Notes: generated from the sequence alone by a model not told the origin. A stretch of DNA of 46,974 nucleotides from Acutalibacteraceae bacterium (GCA_045532695.1 JAZSGK010000023.1:1-46974); one strand, 5' to 3'; shown: positions 15,847 to 25,520, counted from the stretch's first letter. A program made the numbers and translations.

Positions 15847-16035
15847 TTACTTTTTCACTATTACCTTTTCCCCCCTTGTATTTTCACCCGGGATTATTTG
15901 AAAGTAAGAAGTAATAGGTAAGAGAGAATAGGTGTATTATTAGCTTCACTGTAGTATACATCAAAAAATAATGTTAAACTTTATGTAAGATCAGACACAT
16001 AAAATCGGTTTATATAGGTGAGAGGAGGTTTTCAG

Positions 16036-16596
16036 ATGGAAGATAAACAGATAATAAAGCTTTTATTTATGAGAGCTGAAGAAGCACTTCGAATTTTGCG
16101 GGAGCGTTACGGCAACACCTTATACAGAATCGCAATTAATATTCTCGGTAATCATCACGACGCAGAAGAGACAACAAACGATACATATCTTGCCGTTTGG
16201 AATGCAATACCGCCTAAAGAACCCGATCCTTTGGCTCCTTATGTATATCGTACCGGAAGAAATATTGCTCTGAAACGCTTGGAGTATCTTTCAGCCGAAA
16301 AACGAAACAGCAGATATGATTTGTCTTTAGATGAGCTTGCACCCTATTTGCCCGACGACAGTATCGAGCATATCCTCAACACTCGGGATATCGCCGACTC
16401 TATAAATAAGCTTTTAGAAAAAGAGACTGCTATTAACAGATATATTTTCATCCGTCGGTATTGGTACGGAGATTCAGTTGAGGATATAGCAAAAGAAGTC
16501 AATATGAAAAGCGGTGCCGTTTCGGTACGGTTAAACCGTATCAGAACAAAATTAAAAAAACATCTTATTAAGGAGGGTTATTACTATGAAGCGTAA
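16036..16596 (+). CDS. ECF-type sigma-70 family RNA polymerase sigma factor
   Basis: Region 2 (DAEETTNDTYLAVW) and region 4 HTH (SVEDIAKEVNMKSGAVSVRLNRIRTKLKK). ATG 16036 follows GAGGAGG. The track start 16018 is GTG. Confidence 0.9.
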   Translation: MEDKQIIKLLFMRAEEALRILRERYGNTLYRIAINILGNHHDAEETTNDTYLAVWNAIPPKEPDPLAPYVYRTGRNIALKRLEYLSAEKRNSRYDLSLDELAPYLPDDSIEHILNTRDIADSINKLLEKETAINRYIFIRRYWYGDSVEDIAKEVNMKSGAVSVRLNRIRTKLKKHLIKEGYYYEA

Positions 16597-18022
16597 GCAC
16601 GTATTGGAAGTTTTGGATAAAATAGACGACAGATTCATCACGGAAGCTGAAAAAGCTCCGAAGGAAATGAAAAAAAGGCCATATTGGATAGGCGCAGTTG
16701 CCGCTGTTTTGGCGGTAGTAATTTGTATCAGCTCTTTTCTCAATACACCTATAATTACAGCAAATGCCATTGCTCTTCCGGAAGATGCACGAATTATGGA
16801 GCGTCCGGACCTTGATGACTACGAAGACAGAGAAAACTATATGACTGATGTTGAAATATGGAGTTCGGTATTAGAGAATAGAAGAACTATAAGAGAAAAT
16901 GTTGCTTCTTCTTTGTCGCAGTTTTTTACAAAAGCATCAGCTGAATTTCTTTCTTCAGAGAACAATGAAAACGCCTTATGGTCACCTATAAATGCATATA
17001 TCGGACTCTCTATGCTTGCTGAAATAACCGACGGTGACAGCCGTAAGGAAATTTTAGATTTATTTGGCGTAAGGGATATTGAAACACTCAGAAGTCAAGT
17101 CAGTGCAGTATGGGAATCTGTTTATGAGGATGACGGAAATGAAATATCCACATTAGCTAATTCTCTTTGGCTTGAAGGCGGACTTAATTACAATCAGGAT
17201 ACTATGAATAACCTTGCATATCACTATTATGCTTCTGTGTATCAGACTGACCTTGGCAGTGATAGTGCAAACAAGTCAATAGGTAATTGGCTTAATAAAA
17301 ACACAGGCGGCTTATTAAAAGACTGTACAGACAAAATCGACTTATCTCCCGATACTGTCCTGGCTCTCTATTCAACACTCTTCTTCCAAGCTAAATGGAG
17401 CAACGAGTTTGACGGTAAAAATAATACTGACAGTGTTTTCCACGGTGTTAACGGAGACAACAATGTCACTTATATGAACAAAAAGCTCTGTCAGATGTAT
17501 TATTATTGGAATGATGATTACAGTGCAGTAGCATTAAGTCTTAAAAACGGATGCACAATGTGGTTTATTCTTCCCGACGAAGGAATGACAACTGCTGATG
17601 TGTTAAATGGCGGCGCTTACGGAAAAATGATTTCTTCGGGTGACGGTGAAGAAGGTTGGCAAAATAAAAAGTATATGAAGGTCAATCTGTCTGTACCGAA
17701 ATTTGATGTTTCTTCCACAATAAATTTAAAAGATGGACTCGGCAGAATGGGAGTAAAAAAAGTATTTGATATGGAAAGCTCTGATTTTACAGCAATCACC
17801 TCAGATATTCCCGTGTATATATCAGCCGTTAATCAGTCTGCAAGAGTTGAAATCGATGAAAAAGGTGTAAAAGCGGCAACATATATAGAACTTCCCGGCG
17901 CAGGTGCAGCACAGCCACCTGAAGAAATAATAGATTTTGTACTCGACAGACCATTTGTATTTGTGATTTCCAAAGGCAATTTGCCTCTGTTTACAGGTGT
18001 AGTGAATAATATACAATATTAG
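16586..18022 (+). CDS. membrane-anchored serpin (anti-sigma-like N-terminus plus TM plus serpin domain)
   Basis: AGGAGGG RBS. The ATG overlaps the sigma gene by 11 nt. TM segment YWIGAVAAVLAVVICISSFL. Serpin body begins NALWSPINAYIGLSMLAEITDG. The C-terminus IDEKGVKAATYIELPGAGAAQPPEE..DRPFVFVI..PLFTGVVNN parallels alpha-1-antitrypsin [41 protein letters not shown]. Confidence 0.9.
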   Translation: MKRKHVLEVLDKIDDRFITEAEKAPKEMKKRPYWIGAVAAVLAVVICISSFLNTPIITANAIALPEDARIMERPDLDDYEDRENYMTDVEIWSSVLENRRTIRENVASSLSQFFTKASAEFLSSENNENALWSPINAYIGLSMLAEITDGDSRKEILDLFGVRDIETLRSQVSAVWESVYEDDGNEISTLANSLWLEGGLNYNQDTMNNLAYHYYASVYQTDLGSDSANKSIGNWLNKNTGGLLKDCTDKIDLSPDTVLALYSTLFFQAKWSNEFDGKNNTDSVFHGVNGDNNVTYMNKKLCQMYYYWNDDYSAVALSLKNGCTMWFILPDEGMTTADVLNGGAYGKMISSGDGEEGWQNKKYMKVNLSVPKFDVSSTINLKDGLGRMGVKKVFDMESSDFTAITSDIPVYISAVNQSARVEIDEKGVKAATYIELPGAGAAQPPEEIIDFVLDRPFVFVISKGNLPLFTGVVNNIQY

Positions 18023-18031
18023 TAAAACCGA

Positions 18032-18075
18032 ATATGCACCCCAGAAGCCAGACGCTTTCAGGGTGCATATCATTT
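18032..18075. terminator. hairpin between convergent genes
   Basis: 10-bp stem ATATGCACCC/GGGTGCATAT with a 19-nt loop and T-rich sequence downstream. Confidence 0.55.
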
Positions 18076-18095
18076 TACAGATTGCTATAATTATA

Positions 18096-19559
18096 TTATC
18101 CGAAGAACTCTGCAACCAGCTCATCTGTATCCTTAAGATTTATCCTCTTTGAGCAGATGTATGTTCTGAGTGTGCCGTCATCGAGCTTTTCATCAGGGCT
18201 GAACTTGCCGTAGCCGCAGGTGACTATGGTATCGTCAGGCAGTACAACATTGCCGCTGTAGCCTGTGTCTGAGCCTGCGTAGTATTCGGGCTCTGTCTGA
18301 TCGTCAAAATAGATGTGGGCAACTTTGATTCTGTAGTCGCCTTCTGTGCCGTTTTTGAGATCTTCATAAGTACCGACCCAGGCAACAAGACCCGCGCTTA
18401 TCCAGCCTCTTGTTCTGTCTGTTGCAGTTTCCGCATTTGCTCTCGCCTTGGCGCCTCTCTCAATCGAGCGGAATGTGATAAAGAGTCTGCCGTCTGAGGT
18501 GTACTCTGCCTTGTGTCTTTCACCGTTGAGCGCCGCAGGAGCCTCTACAGGCTTGCTCCAGGTTTTACCCTCGTCAGTCGAGAATGAAATCAGCGAATTG
18601 ATTTTCTTGGTGTTGCTTCTTGTTATAAGACAAAGCTCGTCACCCTGTCCCTTATCCGATCTTATAACTTCAACCTCGCACATATTTGAGCTCTTCTCAA
18701 TCTCCCTGTGCTCGGCAAAGTACTTTTCGGGCTTGCTCCACTGCATATTGCCATTTTCATCAAAAGTGAGAATTGTCTTATAGTTATAGAAATCCGCATC
18801 GTGGAAAAGTCCCATCCACTTATCTGTAAACTCACCGTTTTCCTTGAGTCTTGTAAGGCTCGACATGGCCACTATAGGCACTACGGGAGTGTCGCTCTTA
18901 AGATCGTAGAATCTTTTGAACTCTGTCCATGTTTTGCCCTCGTCTTCAGATACAGAGCATTCAAATCCGCCTACTGTGGTGCTGTTGGGCCATCTGGGGT
19001 TAGCAGAAATCAGAATGAGCTTATCGGGGGTACCGTCAGAGAATTCAAGGCGGTAAATTGTCGGTGTTTCCTGAGAATTCACCCAGCTTTCGGGAGTGTT
19101 TTCTACTGTTTCACTCCAAGTGACACCGCCGTCTGTGCTGATTTTATTGAGTACCGCGCCCTTACCGTGACCGGCAGGGTACACAGTAAGAATGTTGCCG
19201 TTTCTGAGAAGCACGCTGTCGGGATGAGCCATATAGTCTTTAGAATTGTCTACTGTGGAAAGATTGTAGAGATATTCATATTTGCTGCCTTTCAGCTCGT
19301 CGGGCATAGTGCTCAGATCAAGCTCCGGTATGGTATAATCGCCTCCCGTGAATTTATTCGGTATAAACAGACTTGCAAAATCCGAGAAAAACTTTTTAAT
19401 CTTAGCAAAGATATCCTTAAAGAAATCCCCTATCTTGTCAAAAAAGCTTACACTTTCCGTCTGTGCTTCTGCGCTGTCAGCAGCGAATGCTACAGATGCG
19501 CAAGGCATAAGAAGCGCCGCACACAGAATAAGCACAATTATTTTTTTCAATGTTTTCAT
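18096..19559 (-). CDS. secreted BNR/Asp-box repeat protein (sialidase/GH33-like)
   Basis: Signal peptide. Asp-boxes STDGGVTWSE, SEDEGKTWTE and STDEGKTWSK. GGAGG RBS. Confidence 0.85.
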   Translation of the reverse strand: MKTLKKIIVLILCAALLMPCASVAFAADSAEAQTESVSFFDKIGDFFKDIFAKIKKFFSDFASLFIPNKFTGGDYTIPELDLSTMPDELKGSKYEYLYNLSTVDNSKDYMAHPDSVLLRNGNILTVYPAGHGKGAVLNKISTDGGVTWSETVENTPESWVNSQETPTIYRLEFSDGTPDKLILISANPRWPNSTTVGGFECSVSEDEGKTWTEFKRFYDLKSDTPVVPIVAMSSLTRLKENGEFTDKWMGLFHDADFYNYKTILTFDENGNMQWSKPEKYFAEHREIEKSSNMCEVEVIRSDKGQGDELCLITRSNTKKINSLISFSTDEGKTWSKPVEAPAALNGERHKAEYTSDGRLFITFRSIERGAKARANAETATDRTRGWISAGLVAWVGTYEDLKNGTEGDYRIKVAHIYFDDQTEPEYYAGSDTGYSGNVVLPDDTIVTCGYGKFSPDEKLDDGTLRTYICSKRINLKDTDELVAEFFG

Positions 19560-19675
19560 ATTGAAACCTCCTTTGTATTTTAACTTGATTATACCATATT
19601 ATCAGTTGTGAGACAAGATGTTAATAAATAAACAAATCCCGACTTACACTCAATAAGCCGGGAAGAGTTTTTAAC

Positions 19676-21130
19676 TTAGTGTATGAAAAGTGAAAGGACA
19701 ACAAGAATCGCTGAGCCGAATACGGGAATAAGAATTGAACCGATTGACCAGGTCTTGAGGCTTGTCTTGATATCCATACCGGAGAAGTTTGTAACAACGT
19801 GGAAGTATGAGTCGTTAAGATAGCTGGGGCACATTGTTGTAAGGCAAAGAGCCATAGCAGCTATATAGGGGTTAATACCGAGAGTTGACATCATAGGAGC
19901 GATAATAGCTGAGCCTGTGATCATTGCTGTGGTACCTGAACCCTGAGGGAATCTCATAATAACACCGATGATAATAGGAATAAGGATAGCGGGTACGCCT
20001 GCATCAACAATCCAGTTTGCCATAATGCCTGCTGCACCTGTTGCATTGATAACTGCGCCGAGAGCACCGCCTGCTGCTGTGATAAATACGATGGGGCCTG
20101 CATCACGGCAAGCTTCCTGCATCATATTAACGCAGGTCTTCTTGTCATATGTACGGCAAAGAAGGAATGCACCCATACAAAGTGAAACGAAAAGAGCGAT
20201 TACAGGCTGACCGAGGAATGTAACAACACTTGCGAGAGTTGTACCTGCAAGAGAATCGATCTGACCGACGAGTGTATTTGCAAAGATAAGAGCGATGGGC
20301 ACAAGAAGCGTTGCGAATGAAAGAAATGCGCTGGGAAGCTTCTCTGAAGCAAGAAGATCAGCAAAATCACTAGTTGTAAGCTGTTCGTTGCTTTCATGCT
20401 TTGCGTGGATCTTGTCAAGAACCTTGAGCTGTTCCTCAGTGTATTTGCTTCTGTCGATTTCATAAGGCACTACAAGATTGGGATATTTCTTGCCGAAATA
20501 TCTGAAAAGGAATACTGAGAAAATGAACAGAGGCACTGAGAAAGCAACGCCGAAGAGAATAAAGAGACCCAAGTCTATTATGCTGCCGTTTTCAGTGAAT
20601 GTGGATACAACTGCAAGAGGGCCGGGTGTGGGTGGTACAAGGAAGTGGGTTATGTAAAGACCCATACCGAGGATACCGCCAAGGCCAACCATTGACTTCT
20701 TAGTAAGACGTGAGAATTCCTTTGCAAGGGAAGAAAGAATAACGAAGCCTGAGTCGCAGAATACGGGAATTGAAACAACAAAACCGGTAAGTCCGAGAAC
20801 AACATCGCAGTTCTTTACACCGACGAGCTTGAGAATTGTAAGAGCCATGCGCTTTGCAGCGCCGCTCTTTTCAAGGAATATACCCATTATACAGCCAAAG
20901 CCGATAACTACACCTATAGATGCCATTGTGTTACCGAAGCCTTTTGTTACTGTGCTTACACAGCCTGTGAGCGTCTCAACAACTGCGCCTTCAGGGCCGA
21001 AGGGCATTGCCAGAACAGCAATGATAATAGCAGAAATAATGAGTGAGGGGAATGCGTGCATTTTTGTGAAGATGATAAGCAGCATCATAACAACGATACC
21101 GATTGCCATCGCCAATACGGGGTGAAGCAT
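19676..21130 (-). CDS. GntP-family (gluconate/organic acid:H+) permease
   Basis: Polytopic 484-aa protein with GntP-like architecture and sequence character. GGAGGA RBS. Confidence 0.85.
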   Translation of the reverse strand: MLHPVLAMAIGIVVMMLLIIFTKMHAFPSLIISAIIIAVLAMPFGPEGAVVETLTGCVSTVTKGFGNTMASIGVVIGFGCIMGIFLEKSGAAKRMALTILKLVGVKNCDVVLGLTGFVVSIPVFCDSGFVILSSLAKEFSRLTKKSMVGLGGILGMGLYITHFLVPPTPGPLAVVSTFTENGSIIDLGLFILFGVAFSVPLFIFSVFLFRYFGKKYPNLVVPYEIDRSKYTEEQLKVLDKIHAKHESNEQLTTSDFADLLASEKLPSAFLSFATLLVPIALIFANTLVGQIDSLAGTTLASVVTFLGQPVIALFVSLCMGAFLLCRTYDKKTCVNMMQEACRDAGPIVFITAAGGALGAVINATGAAGIMANWIVDAGVPAILIPIIIGVIMRFPQGSGTTAMITGSAIIAPMMSTLGINPYIAAMALCLTTMCPSYLNDSYFHVVTNFSGMDIKTSLKTWSIGSILIPVFGSAILVVLSLFIH

Positions 21131-21168
21131 AAAAGTTTCCTCCTGTGTTTTTTATTAAACTTTGTTTT

Positions 21169-21198
21169 AATATACATTAAAATGTCACTGTTTGTCAA
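21169..21198 (-). promoter_or_regulatory. sigmaA-type promoter for the GntP permease gene
   Basis: Minus strand reads TTGACA (21193-21198), an 18-nt spacer, then TATATT (21169-21174). Confidence 0.4.
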
Positions 21199-21275
21199 CC
21201 TTCAAGCTGAAAAAATATTCCATTTCAGCAAAACAACAATAAAATTTAATTAAGTTGCATATTATATGTAACATT

Positions 21276-22292
21276 TTAATTCGCAATAGCCTTTATAATA
21301 TCAAGGAAAGCTTCCTTGAAAATTTCAATAATACCGTGGAGTATATCAAGAAGAGTTCGTTTTTCTTTTTTTACTTCCTCTCCTCTGCTCTGGCATGAAA
21401 GCCAGTAAATGAGACCCTGAGGATATGTAAGAGTAACACTCTTGCCGTTTCCGTCTTTAATTTTCATATCCTTCTGAGCCATATTGTCATCCATAAACAA
21501 ATCGTGACAGGCTGCATCCCAGGTATTGTGTATATCATTTTTTCCGTCTGCGGTCTTAATGGAGTAATCCGAATTATAAATTGTATCGAAGGTAGATATT
21601 CTGCAGTTTTCTTTGCAGTTTGATATTCTCATCAGATACTGCCAGTTTGCATTTACCGTAATTGGGTTGAGACTTGCATAGTCATCATTCTTGCACCAGA
21701 AAAACCATACAGGCGTGTCGATAAGATTGTTGAGATCCGCATTTGTCGGAGCATAGACAGGCGAAAGCGGGAATATAGCTGCAAAATATGTGGGATATGC
21801 CATAGCCATTCTCAGAACCATTTTTCCGCCCATTGAATATCCGCCGATATAAATTTTATTTACATCAATATTGTCGTGATGCTTTTTGATAAAATCGTCT
21901 ATGGTCTTTTTAAGATTATTTGTGGTACCCTCCCAGGCGACAGAAAGAAGTCCTGAGGTAGGATAGCGAGGAAGAAGCAGATATGCTCCGCCCGTACCGT
22001 CAAATCTGCTCTGGTATTCTTCACTCGACCAGAGGGCAATATTACAGTTATCAAGCTGATGTCCCGGATAGTCACCCGAGGAATTACCGTGAAGCCAGAC
22101 CACAAGCGGATACTTTGTATCATCGTTATTGCCCACAGGAGAATAATACACATAATCGAGGACAGATTCTCCGTCCGCGAACTGAGCCCTCAGAGCGTCC
22201 ATGCCCTGTTTTTCACTTACTGCAGAAGCACTGATGAAGAGGCTCGACAGCAAAATCAGAAAGGCAATAAAGACCGCTGTTATTTTTTTCAT
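21276..22292 (-). CDS. secreted alpha/beta-hydrolase fold esterase
   Basis: Signal peptide, YPLVVWLHGNSSG and the nucleophile elbow GGYSMGG. Confidence 0.8.
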   Translation of the reverse strand: MKKITAVFIAFLILLSSLFISASAVSEKQGMDALRAQFADGESVLDYVYYSPVGNNDDTKYPLVVWLHGNSSGDYPGHQLDNCNIALWSSEEYQSRFDGTGGAYLLLPRYPTSGLLSVAWEGTTNNLKKTIDDFIKKHHDNIDVNKIYIGGYSMGGKMVLRMAMAYPTYFAAIFPLSPVYAPTNADLNNLIDTPVWFFWCKNDDYASLNPITVNANWQYLMRISNCKENCRISTFDTIYNSDYSIKTADGKNDIHNTWDAACHDLFMDDNMAQKDMKIKDGNGKSVTLTYPQGLIYWLSCQSRGEEVKKEKRTLLDILHGIIEIFKEAFLDIIKAIAN

Positions 22293-22331
22293 GATTATAC
22301 ACCTTCTTTTTCTCTGATATCTGTGTAATTA

Positions 22332-23774
22332 TTACTTCTTAACCCATGTTGAGGGTGAGAAGGTAAGTATTAAGGGGAATATTTCAAGTCTTCCCAAAAG
22401 CATCGCAAATGAAAGTACAATCTTTGAGAAGGATGAATACATATCGTAATTCGATGCAGGACCTGCCACACCAAAAGCAGGACCGATATTATTAAAACAA
22501 GATGCTGCTGCAGATATATTTGTCTCTAAATCAAGAGCATCAAAACCAAGTATAAATACTACCACACAGAAAAATATAACATAAATGGTAAGATACGATC
22601 CGATAGAGCTGAGTGTTGTTTCATCTACTCTTTTACCCTCGAAACGTACCGTTGCGACTGCTCTTGGATGAAGCAGTCTCTGTAACTCTCGCTTAAGTTT
22701 TTTTACAAGAAGTACGACTCTTGAAACCTTTAAACCGCCTGCAGTTGAACCTGCACAGCTGCCGATAAACATGAGCAGCAACAACACGGTCTTCGAAAAA
22801 ACAGGCCATTGATTAAAATCTGCCGTTGCATAACCCGTTGTAGTAACAATAGATGCAGTTTGAAAAAATGCTTGCCTTATGCTTTCAGAAACACTCCCGT
22901 AAAGAGGCCTTATATTGACTGTTATTGCCGCACCTACAAACAAGAACATAAGAATATAGACCCACAGTTCTTCACTTCTAAGAGCATTTTTAATGCGTTT
23001 GGTCAAAATCATATAATATATATTGAAGTTGACTCCAAAAACAATCATAAACACCGTTATCACCCATTGAAGATATGGTGAATATGAAGCTATACTGTCC
23101 GCTTTTACTCCGAAGCCACCGGTACCTGCAGTACCCACAGCGTGAATAATACTTTCAAACAAAGGCATACCGCCTGCAAGAAGCAGTATCATTTCAATAA
23201 AAGTCAATGCTATATAAATGATGTAAAGTATTCTTGCTGTCTGTTTCATTCGCGGAACAATTTTGCCCACAACAGGGCCCGGTGCTTCAGCTCTTAAAAT
23301 ATGAATTGTTCTGTCTGACACAGTGGGTATTATCGCCATAACAAATACAAGCACACCCATACCGCCAACCCAATGAGTGAAGCTGCGCCAGAAAAGAAGT
23401 CCTTTGCTCATAACTTCAACATCATTGAGAATAGAGGCACCAGTTGTTGTAAAGCCGCTGACAGTTTCAAAGAATGCATCAATATACGAGGGTATTTCAC
23501 CGCTTATATAAAACGGCAAAGCACCTATAACCGAAAGTGCTAACCAAGCAAGAGATACAATAACAAAACCTTCTTTTGCGTAAATAACCTTACTGCCGGG
23601 CTTGAATATCAATGTAAGCGCAAAGCCTGCTGCAAGAGCTATACCAATAGAAATAAGAAAATCTACCGCACAATTTTCCTTATATATGAGAGATGTTATC
23701 AGTGGCAGTATCATAAGTGCCGCTTCGATTTTAATTACGGTACCTACTACATATAAAACCATTCTTCTGTTCAT
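22332..23774 (-). CDS. trkH: TrkH/KtrB-family potassium uptake membrane subunit
   Basis: Repeated selectivity-filter-like TTTG/TAGTGG/TTTGY/STAGG motifs. Adjacent to trkA, whose stop is 5 nt upstream. Confidence 0.9.
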   Translation of the reverse strand: MNRRMVLYVVGTVIKIEAALMILPLITSLIYKENCAVDFLISIGIALAAGFALTLIFKPGSKVIYAKEGFVIVSLAWLALSVIGALPFYISGEIPSYIDAFFETVSGFTTTGASILNDVEVMSKGLLFWRSFTHWVGGMGVLVFVMAIIPTVSDRTIHILRAEAPGPVVGKIVPRMKQTARILYIIYIALTFIEMILLLAGGMPLFESIIHAVGTAGTGGFGVKADSIASYSPYLQWVITVFMIVFGVNFNIYYMILTKRIKNALRSEELWVYILMFLFVGAAITVNIRPLYGSVSESIRQAFFQTASIVTTTGYATADFNQWPVFSKTVLLLLMFIGSCAGSTAGGLKVSRVVLLVKKLKRELQRLLHPRAVATVRFEGKRVDETTLSSIGSYLTIYVIFFCVVVFILGFDALDLETNISAAASCFNNIGPAFGVAGPASNYDMYSSFSKIVLSFAMLLGRLEIFPLILTFSPSTWVKK

Positions 23775-23778
23775 AAAC

Positions 23779-25143
23779 TCACCTCAAAATATCAGAGAGC
23801 TGAGCTATACGTGACCTTGCAGAAAGAATGATAACTCTGTCTCCCTGCATGATACAGTCATCACCTGATGGGATAATTGTCTTTCTGTTTGCACGTGTGA
23901 TTCCTGCAATAAGAATTCCCGACTTGATTTTCATTTCCTTTACAGGCACACCGATAAGGCTTGAATTTTCTTTCACCTTAAACTCCAGTGCCTCAACCTT
24001 ACCGTCCATAATTCTGTAAAGAGTCTCTATGCTGCTGCTGTCCAATGAGCTTTCCAGAGCTCTTGTATATCTGAGAATAATATCCGAGGTAATTGACTTG
24101 GTTGATACGATACAGTCAAGGCCGAGCTTTTCAGCCATCTTCGCCATTTCGTCGCGGTTTACCTTTGAAATGACCTTGGGCACATTCTGATTGGAAGCAA
24201 AAATTGAAATCAGTATATTTTCTTCATCCATACCCGTAAGGGCAACAAAAGCGTCAAGAGAGCGAAGCCCCTCCTCAAGAAGAAGCTCCTGCTGTGAGCC
24301 GTCGCCGTTGATAAGAACAGCCTTAGGAATTACGTCTGAAAGCTCTTCACAGCGTTCGGTATCCTTTTCAATGATTTTAACTTCGTTACCCGAAGAAAGA
24401 AGCATTTTTGAAAGATAATAAGCAGTCTTGCTTCCGCCGAGCATCATTACACTTCTCGCCTGCTTGTTTATTATGCCAAGACCCTTGAGGATTTTCTGCA
24501 TATCTGAAGGCGTTGCTGCAAGGGATATGATATCGCCTTCGCCAAGCTCGAAGTTACCGTCAGGAATAATAAGTTCTCCGTCACGCAGCACAGCACCTAT
24601 AAGAAACTCTTCCTTTTGTTTTTCACGGAGCTTACTGAGCTTTTTACCGCAAAGAGGTGATGTATCCTTCAGCTTCATCATGATAATTTCAAGGCTTCTC
24701 TTGGCAAAATACTCAACCTTGAAAGCTGAGGGAATTTTAAGTATATTGTAGAGCTCCTGTGCAACAAGAAGCTCCGGATTTACAGACATAGACAGGTCCA
24801 GCTGCTGACGCATAAACCCGAGTGAGCGATCGTTGTATTCAGGGTTTCTGATTCGCGCTACAGTATGCTTTGCACCCATCTTTTTTGCAAGGAAGCAGGA
24901 AAGCATATTCATTTCGTCAGAGTCTGTAAAGGCAATATAAAGCTCAGCTTTATCCACACCTGATTCTTCGAGGGTTTCGCAGTCGGCACAGTTGCCGCAC
25001 ACACCCATAACGTCATATATATTTGTTACATCTGTGATTATATCATGGTTCTTGTCTATTACGGTAACATTATGTCCTTCTTTAACCAGAGTCGCAGTTA
25101 CCGCTAATCCTATTTTACCTATACCAGCTATTACAATATCCAT
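23779..25143 (-). CDS. trkA: TrkA potassium uptake peripheral subunit (two RCK_N/RCK_C repeats)
   Basis: N-terminal Rossmann fold MDIVIAGIGKIGLAV, a second GGSKTAYYL, and 454 aa. AGGAG RBS. Confidence 0.9.
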   Translation of the reverse strand: MDIVIAGIGKIGLAVTATLVKEGHNVTVIDKNHDIITDVTNIYDVMGVCGNCADCETLEESGVDKAELYIAFTDSDEMNMLSCFLAKKMGAKHTVARIRNPEYNDRSLGFMRQQLDLSMSVNPELLVAQELYNILKIPSAFKVEYFAKRSLEIIMMKLKDTSPLCGKKLSKLREKQKEEFLIGAVLRDGELIIPDGNFELGEGDIISLAATPSDMQKILKGLGIINKQARSVMMLGGSKTAYYLSKMLLSSGNEVKIIEKDTERCEELSDVIPKAVLINGDGSQQELLLEEGLRSLDAFVALTGMDEENILISIFASNQNVPKVISKVNRDEMAKMAEKLGLDCIVSTKSITSDIILRYTRALESSLDSSSIETLYRIMDGKVEALEFKVKENSSLIGVPVKEMKIKSGILIAGITRANRKTIIPSGDDCIMQGDRVIILSARSRIAQLSDILR

Positions 25144-25249
25144 AATAATCTCCTGAAAAAAACAGTTAATTTTTTATCATTGTATCACAAGTCTCCGGAA
25201 GTATCAAGTAAATTATTTTTTCCTTTTTCTTTTCATATAAACATCACGT

Positions 25250-25284
25250 CTTCAAAAGAAAAAAGCGGAGTCCGCAGACTCCGC
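25250..25284 (-). terminator. intrinsic terminator of the 35-aa peptide gene
   Basis: 8-bp GC-rich stem GCGGAGTC/GACTCCGC with a 4-nt loop, followed on the minus strand by TTTTTTCTTTT. Confidence 0.75.
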
Positions 25285-25305
25285 CTTTAAATGCTTTTTC
25301 TTAAC

Positions 25306-25413
25306 TTATTCAGCTGCTTCTTCGTCCTTAGCAGGGATTAAACTCTTGATGAAGTCAAGAACGATCTTAACGATAGCTTCGATCTTAGCAAATACTTCGC
25401 TTACGATATCCAT
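25306..25413 (-). CDS. 35-aa amphipathic peptide (MDIVSEVFAKIEAIVKIVLDFIKSLIPAKDEEAAE)
   Basis: Below the ORF-track size cut-off. GGAGGTG RBS 6 nt upstream of ATG 25413, with its own promoter and its own terminator. Confidence 0.55.
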   Translation of the reverse strand: MDIVSEVFAKIEAIVKIVLDFIKSLIPAKDEEAAE

Positions 25414-25445
25414 TGTCGCACCTCCTTTAATAATCCTGTATCATT

Positions 25446-25474
25446 ATCATAACAAAAATTTTCCTAAAAGTCAA
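25446..25474 (-). promoter_or_regulatory. sigmaA-type promoter of the 35-aa peptide gene
   Basis: Minus strand reads TTGACT (25469-25474), a 17-nt spacer, then TATGAT (25446-25451). Confidence 0.5.
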
Positions 25475-25520
25475 CATTGATTACCCGGTGCTAACAATTT
25501 TAATATTTATACAACATTTA

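Noticed and set aside
25144-25305. Possible c-di-AMP (ydaO/kimA-type) riboswitch upstream of trkA-trkH
   Set aside because: Only about 105 nt separate the upstream terminator from the trkA ATG. The sequence is A/T-rich, with none of the conserved ACGGGGA/CCCG-type pseudo-symmetric elements.
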